Of a stretch of DNA of 64,000 nucleotides, positions 17,627 to 28,543 are shown one piece after another. How positions within the stretch are numbered: the first letter of the stretch is position 1; each line of letters starts with the position of its first letter. A program made the position numbers and the translations under genes. The DNA is from Candidatus Latescibacterota bacterium (GTDB lineage: Bacteria; Latescibacterota; UBA2968): contig OZ242320.1 of NCBI GenBank assembly GCA_965208125.1, positions 3,616,001-3,680,000 on the forward strand, given 5' to 3'. The notes beneath the pieces were generated by a model. It ran no database searches and was not told the origin of the DNA. It saw nothing but the letters and a program-made list of their open reading frames with translations.

Positions 17627-17871
17627 AATGTTCTCCTGTTTTTTTAGATGATGTGGTGTATTAAAATTCCGGTTGATCCTCAGCGTGTCTTGGAATATCA
17701 TTTTGATTGGACTATATTAGATTTCGACTTTGGACGCAAGGAGAAAGACCAGCAAATGGTCAGTTGCAAAATCAGGTAGGTGGTATTATATTTTTTCGTG
17801 CCTTATTATTTTATGTAAAGAAACGGTGTGTATCACGCCGTTTCTTTTTTTCCGAATAACAGGAGTGAGCT

Positions 17872-18912
17872 ATGGCAGTTAAAACGTGTCTTATGGTGGG
17901 CGGCGGTGGTATGGCAGGGGGCTGGATCAATCGCATGACGCAAAAATTTGGAGATCGCATCAAAATTATCGGTCTCGTCGATGTCAATCGGGATGTGCTG
18001 GACCATCAGGCTCAGGCACTCGGTCTGTCTAATGATCAACTTTTTACCTCACACGAAGATGCTGTGTCCGCTGTCAAAGCCGATTTTTGTGGTGTGGCAA
18101 CGCCGCCGCCGTTTCACGCGCCGGCAACGGTTGCCGCGCTTGAGGCGGGCATGCCTGTGATATCTGAGAAGCCGATTGCGGATACTTTCGATGCGGCCAA
18201 AGACATGGTTCTCGCTGCCCAAAAGACGGGCTTGCCCTGCGCTATTATTCAAAATTATCGCTATGCCCGAAATAAGCAGGAACTCGTTCGCATTCGCAAT
18301 GAGGGACGCCTCGGTCGCCTCCAGCATATTGTTGGACGATATGCTTGCGATTACCGGGAATTTGAATCCTGGGGCAAAGCCTGGCGACATACGATGGAAT
18401 TTGGCCTTCTCTTTGAAGGCTCAGTGCATCATTTTGACATGCTGCGGTTTCTTTCGGGTGGCGATCCCGATACGCTTATGGGATTTGGCTGGAATCCCGA
18501 ATGGTCGAGTTTTGATCACCATTCGAGCGGGATGTATCTCGTAAATATGGACAATGGCACACATGCGTTTTATGAGGGCAACAGCTCGGCGGCGGGTATT
18601 ACCAACTGCTGGCATCGAGAACACTATCGCGCTGAATTTGAAGAGGGTACGGTCGAAATAGCCGAAGGCGCTACCGTGACGATTCACCGCGTTGGGCAAG
18701 AGTCCGAAGTTTATGAAGCACCTGAAATAGAGTGGGAAGGTCACGATCATCTCTTTGATGAGTTTCTCAATTGGCTCGACGGAGGACCGCCTTCTGAGAC
18801 GCGTATTGAAAAGAATATTATCTCGTATGCGATGGTCATCGCCGCTATGGAGACGACGCTGGATGGGCAGCCGAAGAAAATCGCAGATTATGTTTCGGAC
18901 CTTGGATTGTAG
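17872..18912 (+). CDS. Gfo/Idh/MocA family oxidoreductase
   Basis: VGGGGMA, SEKP, HHFD motifs. Confidence 0.9.
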   Translation: MAVKTCLMVGGGGMAGGWINRMTQKFGDRIKIIGLVDVNRDVLDHQAQALGLSNDQLFTSHEDAVSAVKADFCGVATPPPFHAPATVAALEAGMPVISEKPIADTFDAAKDMVLAAQKTGLPCAIIQNYRYARNKQELVRIRNEGRLGRLQHIVGRYACDYREFESWGKAWRHTMEFGLLFEGSVHHFDMLRFLSGGDPDTLMGFGWNPEWSSFDHHSSGMYLVNMDNGTHAFYEGNSSAAGITNCWHREHYRAEFEEGTVEIAEGATVTIHRVGQESEVYEAPEIEWEGHDHLFDEFLNWLDGGPPSETRIEKNIISYAMVIAAMETTLDGQPKKIADYVSDLGL

Positions 18913-18927
18913 TCATAGAACAATTGG

Positions 18928-19731
18928 TTATATGCCCGACAATATTCCCTTGATATATCCCAGTGTGAACGCGAGGTCGCGGTCGATACCCTCAAGCGTT
19001 TTAGAGCCGACGCATTCTACGTAGAGAGGACCTGTGAATCCCCCGCCGGTTAGTCCGGATAAGATGCGGTGAAAATCGACTTCGCCATCGCCTGCTGTAG
19101 TCTGTACATTGGGGTTGTTGTCGGAGTCCAATGCACAATCTTTGATGATCGCTGTTGAGGTGTATTTTGCAATATCATCCACTTCCTGCTCTGGGCGCAC
19201 TTCGCCGCGCGTGTAGTGAATGATGTTGCCCGGGTCGTAGCTTACTGCAAATGCGGGGTGATTGACCTGGTGATACAGGTCGATCAATTCTTTTGCTGTC
19301 AGGCTGATGCCCCCGTGAGGCTTGAGGGAAATTCCCAGGTCTAAGGTTTCCGCGTGTTCAGAGGCACGGCGCATGACTTCGGGATAGATGCCGTAATATT
19401 CTTTTTTGCCCGTTCCCAATTCCAATATCCACTTTGCGCCGAGTTCGGCGGCGTTATCCAATAATTGTTTATACGCATCTGCTGCACCATCCACTCCGCG
19501 CTCCAACAGCGCTCTGCCGAGCAACATGGATGGATTGACGCCTGCCTGGGCAGCAGCTTTTTTGGTGTCTGCGATTTTCGCGGCACTGCTTTCATTATTT
19601 ACGGGTATAACCCCATCATGTGCAAATACAGCTACATCTGTGTATCCCGCGCTTGCGATGTGTTCACACGCCTCTGCAAATGACAGGGCGTTGAGAGGCC
19701 GCGTTGTGCTGCCAATGACCAGTTCCATCAT
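18928..19731 (-). CDS. Sugar phosphate isomerase/epimerase (xylose isomerase-like TIM barrel)
   Basis: YDPGN, IKD, GDGEVDF, GFTGPLYVE. Confidence 0.82.
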   Translation of the reverse strand: MMELVIGSTTRPLNALSFAEACEHIASAGYTDVAVFAHDGVIPVNNESSAAKIADTKKAAAQAGVNPSMLLGRALLERGVDGAADAYKQLLDNAAELGAKWILELGTGKKEYYGIYPEVMRRASEHAETLDLGISLKPHGGISLTAKELIDLYHQVNHPAFAVSYDPGNIIHYTRGEVRPEQEVDDIAKYTSTAIIKDCALDSDNNPNVQTTAGDGEVDFHRILSGLTGGGFTGPLYVECVGSKTLEGIDRDLAFTLGYIKGILSGI

Positions 19732-19760
19732 TTACTCCTTCCTTATTTTATCCGGATTGT

Positions 19761-20558
19761 TTACCCGTGGTTGTTAAGGTCTTTCCCGCAATGTGGGCAT
19801 TTATTTTCGCGAGATTCCTGCATGGCTTCGACAAAGCCAGAACTCAAGATGCCGGCGGGTAAGGCAAACATCCCAACGCCCAGTACGGCAATTATTGCCC
19901 CCAGGAATTTGCCCAATGGCGTTATGGGAAAGACATCGCCATAGCCCACGGTTGTCAGGGTTACTATTCCCCACCACATGGTTGTTGGAATACTCGAAAA
20001 TGCTTCGGGTTGTGCATGGTGTTCGACAAAATACATCAAGCTGGATACAATGACCAATAAAAGTATTAGTGCAAATGCCACGATATAGAGTTCCCGGCGT
20101 TTTTGCCATATTACCCGGCCAAACATTTGCATCGAATGCGAATATCGACCCACTTTGAGCAGGCGAAATAATCGCAACAAGCGCAGGGGGAGCGTGTAAT
20201 CGGGTGGTATTGTTACAAGCAAGAAGATGTAATAGGGAAATATGGCGATGAAATCAATGAGCGCCAGAGGCGTCAGCATAAATGCCAACCGCCCGATCAG
20301 GGGACGCGCGAATTTTGTATCTGCCGTGCAACACCAGATGCGCAGCAGGTATTCAACGGTGAAGATCAGCACGCATACAGTTTCAAAAAGCTCGATAAAC
20401 TCGCCATAAGTCTCATTAATTCCCTCAACGGTTTCGAGTATGACCATTGTCACATTCAGGACGATGAGGGTGATTATAAAAAGATCAACTACGCGGCTCA
20501 GCAGATCACCTTCTTCGGCTTTTTCCAGGATTGCGTACAAGTGTGTTTTTGCGGTCAT
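19761..20558 (-). CDS. Voltage-gated K+ channel (6TM)
   Basis: S4 segment LRLLRLFRLLK, selectivity filter TTVGYGD, C-terminal CPHCG. Confidence 0.93.
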   Translation of the reverse strand: MTAKTHLYAILEKAEEGDLLSRVVDLFIITLIVLNVTMVILETVEGINETYGEFIELFETVCVLIFTVEYLLRIWCCTADTKFARPLIGRLAFMLTPLALIDFIAIFPYYIFLLVTIPPDYTLPLRLLRLFRLLKVGRYSHSMQMFGRVIWQKRRELYIVAFALILLLVIVSSLMYFVEHHAQPEAFSSIPTTMWWGIVTLTTVGYGDVFPITPLGKFLGAIIAVLGVGMFALPAGILSSGFVEAMQESRENKCPHCGKDLNNHG

Positions 20559-20702
20559 CGCGTTTACCTCCCGCTCCAAAATAGAATTGTTTTGTACTCT
20601 TTACAAGTGAATATTAAGCGGTGAGATGTAAGAGGCGAGAGTCCGCAGTCCCCAGTCCCTTGTAATGGGTTGCGGGACGGGGTTCATCAAAGGAGATTTT
20701 AT

Positions 20703-22670
20703 TTGTCCGATCTTTTAAAAAATCCAATTGTCCGGGTTATTTTTGCACTTATTCTTGCAATGGTTCTGGTGAGCATTTTGCCGGGGAACCGGGAGCGCGT
20801 TTTACACGAGCAACTGTTGACTGCGATTCCCAAATTGGCGGAACAGTTTGGCGATTATCCATGGATGCTATCGCCAGATGCAGACCGCGTGTTGCAGAAG
20901 GCTTTTGCCGAAGCACAAGGTCGTCGGCCTGATGCGTCTGATGAGGGTGCAGAGATTGTATTTCGCAGCGCGGCAATCTCCGAGGGTTATCACCTCGTTG
21001 CTGTGCGCGGTTCTGATGAACGAGGAGAAGTTTTGTCGCCGGTTACTGCGTGGAGTCTTTTTCCGCCCGTTGCTGCGATTCTGGTGGCTATTATCAGCGG
21101 GCGTCTTATTCTGGGGCTTTCGCTTTCTATTCTCGCGGGGGGATTTCTCGCGTCGCTGGGTGAACCTCTTTATTATTTGCCGATTATTGCGCTGCAAAAA
21201 TCCCTGATTGGCTATGTTTGGACGCCTTTGGAAAGTTCGTTTCAGCTCTATATTCTCGCGTTTACTGCAGGGCTTATTGGTATGGTGCGCGTTACCACGC
21301 TTTCGGGTGGCAATCGCGGTATTGCCAATGTGCTCGCCCGACGTGCCGAGGGCGCGCGCTCAACGCGGTTGGCGGCATTTTTTATGGGTCTTGCCATTTT
21401 TTTTGACGACTATGCCAATTCTATTGTGGTTGGCTCTACGTTGCGCCCGATAGCCGATCGGTTCAGGGTGTCGCGCGAAAAACTCGCGTATATTGTCGAT
21501 TCAACAGCAGCCCCTATCGCAGGTATTGCGATTATCAGTACGTGGATTGGATACGAAGTCAGCCTTTTTCAGGATTTGATGACGGATCTCAAGACTGGAC
21601 TGTCGGGATACCAGCTTTTTTTTAATGCTCTCCCTTTGCGTTTCTATTGTTTGCTCACGCTCACTTTTGTTCTGCTTTCGGCTTATCTTCGCCGCGATTA
21701 CGGGCCTATGCTCGCCGCCGAACGCCGCGCACAAACAACGGGTCAGGTGATGCGCCCCGGTGCGACGCCAATGACCGGGCGTGCACAGGATGAAATTGGT
21801 CCTGTTGAGGGCGTCCATCCCGTGTGGTGGGCGGCTGTTTTGCCTGTGATTCTCGTTATTATATGCGTCATTGGGGGGATGGCTTTTGATACTTGGGATC
21901 ACGAGAGGGTGCTGGCAGCACGGCGGGATTATGGCTTGATGAGCAGCGCGTTTTGGAGTGCGTGTTTTTCAAATGCCAATACGGCACAGGTTCTTTTTGT
22001 GGCGGCAATGCTCGGTTCCGCACTCGCGATTGTGATAGCTATTACGCGCAGGCATGGTGAAACAGGTGCGCGGATTATTTCTGTGGGGAATGCTATCTCG
22101 ACATGGGCGCGCGGTATTGTCGGCGTGTGGTATGCGATTGTTATTCTGATTCTCGCATGGGCGATCAAAGAGGTCTGTGCAGATGCGGGTACGTCAACTT
22201 ATCTCACCGCAGCACTTTCTCCGCTTATATCTCCAGGGCTGCTGCCTTTGCTGATTTTTCTGCTCGCTGCTCTTGTTGCATTTTCAATTGGCACGTCCTG
22301 GACGACTATGGCGATTCTCATTCCTACGGTTGTTCCGCTCGCACATGCGTTGGGGGGACTACCGCTGACGATCCTGGCAGCAGCGGCTGTGCTCGATGGG
22401 GCGATTTTTGGCGACCATTGCTCGCCTATTAGCGATACTACAGTGATGGCGAGTATCGCGTCGTCGTGTGACCACATGGATCACGTTAAAACACAGCTCC
22501 CCTACGCGCTGACGACGATGAGTGTCGCGGGCATTTTTGGCTATCTGGGGACGGCGCTGATTTATCCGGGCTGGGTTGGGCTTATTTTTGGACTGATCAC
22601 TATTCCAATAATTCTTCTCGCCATAGGTAAAAATCCGGATGAGCCCATCCAGTCTTCCAATCGGCTTTAG
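20703..22670 (+). CDS. NhaC-family Na+/H+ antiporter-like transporter
   Basis: IFFDDYAN, SREKLAYIVDSTAAP, GTSWTT, FGDHCSPISDTT. TTG 20703 after AGGAG. Confidence 0.9.
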   Translation: MSDLLKNPIVRVIFALILAMVLVSILPGNRERVLHEQLLTAIPKLAEQFGDYPWMLSPDADRVLQKAFAEAQGRRPDASDEGAEIVFRSAAISEGYHLVAVRGSDERGEVLSPVTAWSLFPPVAAILVAIISGRLILGLSLSILAGGFLASLGEPLYYLPIIALQKSLIGYVWTPLESSFQLYILAFTAGLIGMVRVTTLSGGNRGIANVLARRAEGARSTRLAAFFMGLAIFFDDYANSIVVGSTLRPIADRFRVSREKLAYIVDSTAAPIAGIAIISTWIGYEVSLFQDLMTDLKTGLSGYQLFFNALPLRFYCLLTLTFVLLSAYLRRDYGPMLAAERRAQTTGQVMRPGATPMTGRAQDEIGPVEGVHPVWWAAVLPVILVIICVIGGMAFDTWDHERVLAARRDYGLMSSAFWSACFSNANTAQVLFVAAMLGSALAIVIAITRRHGETGARIISVGNAISTWARGIVGVWYAIVILILAWAIKEVCADAGTSTYLTAALSPLISPGLLPLLIFLLAALVAFSIGTSWTTMAILIPTVVPLAHALGGLPLTILAAAAVLDGAIFGDHCSPISDTTVMASIASSCDHMDHVKTQLPYALTTMSVAGIFGYLGTALIYPGWVGLIFGLITIPIILLAIGKNPDEPIQSSNRL

Positions 22671-22764
22671 TGTCTGCGCTCTATTGTTTTCTTGACTTCT
22701 ATTTTAGAGTGATTCATGCATGTCCTGTAACGTTTTTTTAGTTTGAGATTCGAAGGAGGTCGCT

Positions 22765-23706
22765 ATGACCATTCAGGAGCAGTTGCACTACGAGCAGGTG
22801 AATGATGAGTCGCTGAGTTTTCTCAAAGCGATTGGCGTTGACTATCTGACGATCAATCCGTCGATGGATATGCGCGATGGCAAAGATCGCCGCGCGTACT
22901 GGGAAGAGACGCGGGATAGGGCTGCTGATCACGGCCTGATTTTGCGGAATGCCGCCAGCTATGGTTGGGATGAGTTTACTCTGGATTTGGAAGATCGAGA
23001 TGAAAAAATAGATGCCTGGTGTATGTTCATCCGCAATTTAGGAGAAGCGGGCATACCTACTTTGGGATACAATTTTAAGCCGATTGGCAATTTTCGCACA
23101 GAATCGGCGACGGGACGCGGTGGCGTCAAATACAGCACGTTTGATTACGACGAATGGGCGCGCGAGCGCGTGTATGTGCCCGACAAAGTAATTTCAGAAG
23201 CTGGCATGTGGGAAAATATCGAATATTTTTTGAAGCGCGTGATACCCGTGGCCGAGGAATACGGCGTGAGGATGGCATTGCATCCGGATGATCCGCCCAT
23301 TCCCGAACCGATGGGTGGGGCCGCTCGTATTGTATCGACATTGGAGCAATATCATCGCATCTTTGACCTTGCTCCCAGCCCGTGTAATGCCATGCTATTT
23401 TGTCAGGGTTGCGTGGCGGAAATGGGCGAAGATGTTTGCGAAGCGATCCGCGATATTGGTAGTCGGGATAAAATTGTGTATGTGCATTTTCGAGATATTC
23501 AGGGTACGCCGAAAAGTTTTCGAGAGGTGTTTATCGATGAGGGACAAAATGATATGCACAAAGCGATGCAAACCTACAAAGACGTGGGGTTTAATGGCCC
23601 GTTTATGATGGACCACACTCCCAGGTTCTGGCAATCGGGTACTGAGTGGGCAGGACGCGCGTTTGCCGTGGGGTACATGCGCGCGTTGATTCAGGCGGTT
23701 TATTAA
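22765..23706 (+). CDS. uxuA: Mannonate dehydratase (UxuA-like)
   Basis: GYNF, ALHPDDPP, FCQG, VHFRD, MDHTP, AFAVGY. Confidence 0.82.
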   Translation: MTIQEQLHYEQVNDESLSFLKAIGVDYLTINPSMDMRDGKDRRAYWEETRDRAADHGLILRNAASYGWDEFTLDLEDRDEKIDAWCMFIRNLGEAGIPTLGYNFKPIGNFRTESATGRGGVKYSTFDYDEWARERVYVPDKVISEAGMWENIEYFLKRVIPVAEEYGVRMALHPDDPPIPEPMGGAARIVSTLEQYHRIFDLAPSPCNAMLFCQGCVAEMGEDVCEAIRDIGSRDKIVYVHFRDIQGTPKSFREVFIDEGQNDMHKAMQTYKDVGFNGPFMMDHTPRFWQSGTEWAGRAFAVGYMRALIQAVY

Positions 23707-23718
23707 AAGGAGAGCAAT

Positions 23719-24711
23719 ATGGGAAAGAAGACGGCAAGTTCTCAGAAGGTCGTCAAGGTTGCCATGATCGGTGCGGGGGGGCGGTCGCGCAGTGTACACT
23801 ATCCCTCGCTGAACGATATGGACGATGTCAAAATGGTGGCCGTATGCGAGTTGAATGAAGTGCGTATGATCGAGGTGGCGGGGGAGTACGATATTCCCGC
23901 GCGATACACCAATTATGTGACGATGATCGAACGGGAAAAACCCGATGTGGTGTATGCGATTATGCCACCGCATCACATATACGATCTGGCGGCGAATATT
24001 ATGGATATGGGCGTTAATATCATTATTGAAAAACCACCTTCAGTAACGACCGAGCAGGCCAAACAGATGGCATTGTTGGCAAAAAAGAACAATGTGATTA
24101 CGGGCGTGACATTCCAGAGGCGGTTTGCGCCGGTGATTCGCACGGGAAAAGAAATATGCGAGAAAAATGGGCCGGTGCACAGCGCGGCGTCGTATTTTTA
24201 TAAAAACGAAGTGGGTGGGCGGCCCATTTACAAGGGCGCAATGGAAAAACTGACCTGCGATGGCATTCACGCGGTGGATACGCTGCGATATTTGTGTGGT
24301 GGAGAAGTAGAAGCCGTGGCGAGCGATGTGCGGCGATTGGATGCTACGTTTAGAAATATGCACACAGCCCTGGTGAAGTTTTCGTCTGGCGCGACAGGTG
24401 TGCTACAAAATTGTTATATGATGGGACGTCGGATGTTCACGGTGGAAGTACATTCGACGGGTATTTCGATGTTTGGTGATCCCGAAGAGGGCGGGCAGGT
24501 ATTTGCCGATGGCAAAGTCGAACCCGTGCGCTCGCTCGATCCATGGATACTGGGCGAAAGCGAGCAGCCGCATGTCGCTTTTGGGGCTTATGCTATCAAC
24601 CGCCATTTTATCGATTGCGTAAAAACGGGGCAACAACCTGAAACAAATTTTGAAGATGCGGCAAAATCCATGGAATTGGTCGATGCGATTTACGATTCGC
24701 AAATCGGATGA
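23719..24711 (+). CDS. Gfo/Idh/MocA family oxidoreductase
   Basis: IGAGG, IEKP, DGIHAVD. Confidence 0.9.
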   Translation: MGKKTASSQKVVKVAMIGAGGRSRSVHYPSLNDMDDVKMVAVCELNEVRMIEVAGEYDIPARYTNYVTMIEREKPDVVYAIMPPHHIYDLAANIMDMGVNIIIEKPPSVTTEQAKQMALLAKKNNVITGVTFQRRFAPVIRTGKEICEKNGPVHSAASYFYKNEVGGRPIYKGAMEKLTCDGIHAVDTLRYLCGGEVEAVASDVRRLDATFRNMHTALVKFSSGATGVLQNCYMMGRRMFTVEVHSTGISMFGDPEEGGQVFADGKVEPVRSLDPWILGESEQPHVAFGAYAINRHFIDCVKTGQQPETNFEDAAKSMELVDAIYDSQIG

Positions 24712-24731
24712 GATGTAATTATTAAGAAAAG

Positions 24732-24765
24732 AAAAGGGCGGGATATATCGCATTCCGCCCTTTTT
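24732..24765. terminator. Bidirectional terminator
   Basis: aaaagggcggga...ttccgccctttt between convergent genes. Confidence 0.75.
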
Positions 24766-24781
24766 GTTATTAGAATACCGA

Positions 24782-25339
24782 TTAAAGCCCTAAGTCATCG
24801 GAAATATTATGCATCGCATCGCGTACAAAAGCAATATGGTCGTCTAATTCTATACCGAGTTCTTCGGCGCCAATTAGAATGTCTTCTCTCGAGACATTTC
24901 GGGCAAAGCTTTTTTGTTTTATTTTTTTTTGCACTGAAGAGACTTTGAGGTCTGCGAGTTTTTTGGTGGGTTGCATTAGAGTTACAGCCACGATAAATCC
25001 AGTCAGTTCATCTACTGCAAAGAGGGCTTTATCGAGCAGGCTTTCTCTGGGCACTCCCAAATAGGGCGCGTGTGCTTTAATCGCATGGATCATTGCTTCT
25101 GGATATCCCTTTTCTTCGAGTATTGCCACGCCAAACATGGGGTGTTCGTCTGGCGTAGGATGTTTTTCATAGTCAAAATCGTGTAGCAATCCGGTAATGC
25201 CCCACAAGTTCTCATCTCGACCAAATTTTCGCGCATAGGCACGCATTGCAGCTTCTACTGCGAGCATGTGTTTGATGAGATTGATGTTTTCTGTGTGCTC
25301 GGTCAGCAATGCAAAGGCATCATTGCGGTTGAGTGACAT
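24782..25339 (-). CDS. HD/HDIG-domain metal-dependent phosphohydrolase
   Basis: KHMLAVE, GLLHDFDYE, AVDELTG. Confidence 0.88.
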   Translation of the reverse strand: MSLNRNDAFALLTEHTENINLIKHMLAVEAAMRAYARKFGRDENLWGITGLLHDFDYEKHPTPDEHPMFGVAILEEKGYPEAMIHAIKAHAPYLGVPRESLLDKALFAVDELTGFIVAVTLMQPTKKLADLKVSSVQKKIKQKSFARNVSREDILIGAEELGIELDDHIAFVRDAMHNISDDLGL

Positions 25340-25354
25340 GAGAATTCCTCGGGT

Positions 25355-25954
25355 TTATAACAGGTGTCCATTTCCACGTGTCCGGTGCTTTACTTCGCGC
25401 AGGGTGACGAGTGACTTTTCGAGTGCATTGGACACGGTTTCAAGGCGTTTGTTGGGTGAGGTATTTTCCAGAAGTGCTTGCTGTTCGTCGAGGGATAAGC
25501 TGAGATTTGCTGCGAGGATGTATGAGAGCACACCCAGTTCCAGGGCGGGTATTTGGGGCGATATCCAGCCCGATGAGAGCTTCAGGGCTTCGGAATAGAG
25601 TTTTTTGGCGCGGTTCCCCAAAGCGATGTCAAAGGCTTCGTCGTCGTCTTCTACGTCTTCCACAAAGCCCGATATATACGGATGGATATCGTATTGCTGA
25701 ATAACGCGAAAGCGTCGCGTTCCTTCAATCATGATGTTCATGCGGCCGTCGGGAAAACGATTGATCAGGCCGACAACACGCGCTGCGCATCCGATGTCGC
25801 TAAAATCGTCGTCCGTACCCCATACAAGACCAAATTCGGTATCGTTGTCAAGACACTCACCGATCATTTGCTTGTATCGCTCTTCGAAGATGTGCAGGGG
25901 AACACGTCGGTGTGGCATCAGCACCAGGTCGAGAGGGAAGAGGGGAAGTTCCAT
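25355..25954 (-). CDS. Lon protease N-terminal substrate-binding domain protein
   Basis: LPLFPL...PLHIFEERY, DGRMNI..G..RF. No AAA or protease domain. Confidence 0.9.
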   Translation of the reverse strand: MELPLFPLDLVLMPHRRVPLHIFEERYKQMIGECLDNDTEFGLVWGTDDDFSDIGCAARVVGLINRFPDGRMNIMIEGTRRFRVIQQYDIHPYISGFVEDVEDDDEAFDIALGNRAKKLYSEALKLSSGWISPQIPALELGVLSYILAANLSLSLDEQQALLENTSPNKRLETVSNALEKSLVTLREVKHRTRGNGHLL

Positions 25955-25958
25955 TGGG

Positions 25959-26858
25959 TCAGGGAGCGGGTTTTTGATCGCTGTTTAAAAGAATATCGAG
26001 CAATTTTTGAGTGGCGATTGACAAACTGCGTCCTTTGCGAAAGAGGATGCCCAATGGCCGATCAAAATCTCGATCTACAAAGTGCAGATATGCAAGGGTT
26101 TTGCGAGCGAGTTCTTGCTCAATGGAATTGAGTGGCAAAATAGAGATGCCAATATCGACTTCTACAGCGTGTTTGATAGGGGCTATGTGGTCGAGTTCCA
26201 TGACGATATTGGGAAGTATTTTGTATTTTTTTAGGAACTGATCAATGGCACGCCGCGTTGGGGTTTCGGGAGTAAAAAGAACCAGAGGAAATTTGTTGAG
26301 TTCTTGTGGTAAGAATGCGTTGCGAGAGGCCAATGCATGCTCAGGATGCATGGCTACGACCATTTTGTCTTGTGTAAAAGGCATTATATCTACATTGCGT
26401 TGGGTGCGGGGATACGGCACAATGCCCAAATCGACTTCGCCATTGGCAACATCGTCATAAATTTTGTTTACTTGATCGTATTGGAGACGGAAATTAACCC
26501 GGGGATAGGCTTTGAGATAGGTTTTGAGAAAGGGGGTGAGTTCGAGCATACCCACACTGTAAATAGATGCCAGACGAACAGTTCCCGAAACCACCCCACT
26601 CAGAGCCTGGATACGGTGTTCCATTTCTTCGTAGCGCCGGACAATGTCTCGGGCATAAGAGTAAAAAATTTCGCCTTCTGCAGTGAGTGTCAGGCGTCTT
26701 TTTTCAACGCGTTCGATGAGTTGTTTTCCCTGGCGTTTTTCAATGCTTTTGAGTTGCTGGCTTACCGCGGATTGAGTAACGGAATTAAGGACAGCTGTTT
26801 TGGAAAAACTCTGCGTTTCAATCAGGTCACAAAAGACTTTCAGGCTCGTAATCAGCAA
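25959..26858 (-). CDS. LysR-family transcriptional regulator
   Basis: SFSKTA...TQSAVSQQLKSIE...LT.EG HTH followed by a substrate-binding domain. Confidence 0.93.
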   Translation of the reverse strand: MLITSLKVFCDLIETQSFSKTAVLNSVTQSAVSQQLKSIEKRQGKQLIERVEKRRLTLTAEGEIFYSYARDIVRRYEEMEHRIQALSGVVSGTVRLASIYSVGMLELTPFLKTYLKAYPRVNFRLQYDQVNKIYDDVANGEVDLGIVPYPRTQRNVDIMPFTQDKMVVAMHPEHALASRNAFLPQELNKFPLVLFTPETPTRRAIDQFLKKYKILPNIVMELDHIAPIKHAVEVDIGISILPLNSIEQELARKTLAYLHFVDRDFDRPLGILFRKGRSLSIATQKLLDILLNSDQKPAP

Positions 26859-27112
26859 GGGGCTTTCTCCATCGTTAAAATTATAAGAGGATATGAAATT
26901 GTGAGGGGGTGTAAAGTAGAGTGACGAATCTATAAGAAAATTGAAACTATGTCAATAGAAAAACTGGATTTTAAAAAATAGTGCCCATTTTGAGCAACTC
27001 GTGGAAACAATGAATAGGGACTACTGATAGAACATCAATTTTGGATTTGCCCTTGTAAAAAACGCCAGAACATCTTATACTTCAATTTGTTATCGCTATG
27101 TGGAGATCACTT

Positions 27113-27982
27113 ATGAACTGGTTTAACAAGCTCAAATCTGGTATTCGGACGCTTGTGCGAAAGCGTATGCCCGAAAATATTTGGATTAAATGCGAGCGAT
27201 GTGAGCAAATAGTTTATCGAAAGAAACTCGAGCAAAATACAGGTATTTGCCCGCATTGCAAACATCACTTTCGCATATCCAGTGCCGATTATATAGTCGC
27301 TGTGCTCGATGAAGAATCGTTTGAAGAAATAGGCCAGGAGGTCAAATCGGCCGATCCGCTCGTATTTGTCGATCTACAGCCCTACCCCGATCGGATCAAA
27401 GAATATCGCAAACGCACCAATATGGATGCCGCTGTGCTGGCTGGCGTGGGGAAGATCGATGGTGCGCCTGTGGGTATTGCCGTACATGAATTTGGTTTTA
27501 TGGGGGGGTCGCTCGGTTCGGCTGAAGGCGAGCGAATTTGTCGGGTGATTGATCGATGTATGCGCGATCAATTGCCGCTGATTATTGTGTGTCGGTCCGG
27601 CGGTGCACGCATGCAAGAGAGCATTTTTTCGCTGATGCAAATGGCGAAAGTCAATGCCAAGTTGTCCCAATTTGCAGATGCGGGACTGCTGTTTATTTCT
27701 ATTCTTATAGATCCCACAACAGCCGGTGTAAACGCCAGTTACGCTTCAATTGGCGATATCAATATCGCCGAGCCAAATGCGCTGATCGGGTTTACGGGAT
27801 CGCGTATTACAGGGTCTTCTGTGAGTGCCTCCGAGATGGAAGCCCTGCGCCAGGCACAACGCGCGGAGCAAGTGCTCGAACACGGTTTTGTCGATATGAT
27901 TGTTTCTCGAGATAAAATGAAAGCTACTCTGTCTCAGTTGATTGAGATGTTAAGCAAAAAGTCCCCCGAGGTTACTTCATGA
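27113..27982 (+). CDS. accD: Acetyl-CoA carboxylase carboxyltransferase beta subunit
   Basis: C4 zinc finger, FMGGSLG, SGGARMQE, DPTTAGV, AEPNALIGF. Confidence 0.93.
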   Translation: MNWFNKLKSGIRTLVRKRMPENIWIKCERCEQIVYRKKLEQNTGICPHCKHHFRISSADYIVAVLDEESFEEIGQEVKSADPLVFVDLQPYPDRIKEYRKRTNMDAAVLAGVGKIDGAPVGIAVHEFGFMGGSLGSAEGERICRVIDRCMRDQLPLIIVCRSGGARMQESIFSLMQMAKVNAKLSQFADAGLLFISILIDPTTAGVNASYASIGDINIAEPNALIGFTGSRITGSSVSASEMEALRQAQRAEQVLEHGFVDMIVSRDKMKATLSQLIEMLSKKSPEVTS

Positions 27983-28428
27983 AGATTCTCGTTTTACAAG
28001 GTCCCAATATTAACATGCTGGGACGGCGCAAAGCCGAGCACTACGGTACTGTGACAATGGACGAGATTCACATGCATCTCGAACAAAAGGCGGATGAACT
28101 GGGGTGCGAAATTGTGTGTTTTCAGTCGAATCACGAGGGGGCACTCGTCTCAAAAGTGCAGGAACTGCGCGATTCTGTAAATGGTATTCTTGTAAATCCC
28201 GCAGGGCTGACTACAACAAGTGTATCGCTGCGGGACGCATTTGAAGATGCGGGTTTACCACTGGTTGAAATTCACCTGTCCAATATCCACGCGCGAGAAG
28301 CATGGCGGCGACATTCTCTGTTTTCTGAAATTGCCGTGGGTATTATTGCCGGATTCAGGTGGCGCGGCTATGTGTCGGCACTTGATATGCTGGTGGGCAT
28401 GTTGAGAGAAGTAAGAAGTGAGAAGTGA
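27979..28428 (+). CDS. aroQ: Type II 3-dehydroquinate dehydratase
   Basis: GPNINMLGRR, QSNHEG, NPAG, EIHLSNIHARE. Confidence 0.95.
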   Translation: MKILVLQGPNINMLGRRKAEHYGTVTMDEIHMHLEQKADELGCEIVCFQSNHEGALVSKVQELRDSVNGILVNPAGLTTTSVSLRDAFEDAGLPLVEIHLSNIHAREAWRRHSLFSEIAVGIIAGFRWRGYVSALDMLVGMLREVRSEK

Positions 28429-28433
28429 GAAGT
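28406..28433 (+). repeat. Heptamer tandem repeat (GAGAAGT x4)
   Basis: gagaagt aagaagt gagaagt gagaagt spans the aroQ stop. Confidence 0.75.
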
Positions 28434-28543
28434 CCACCCCGCTCCACCCAAAAACTGGTATATCATCCTACCTTTTGCTTCATCTTCACCCTTCCTACTT
28501 CACCGTGAACTGGTCTGCGACCAGTTGTACCCCGTTTCCTACT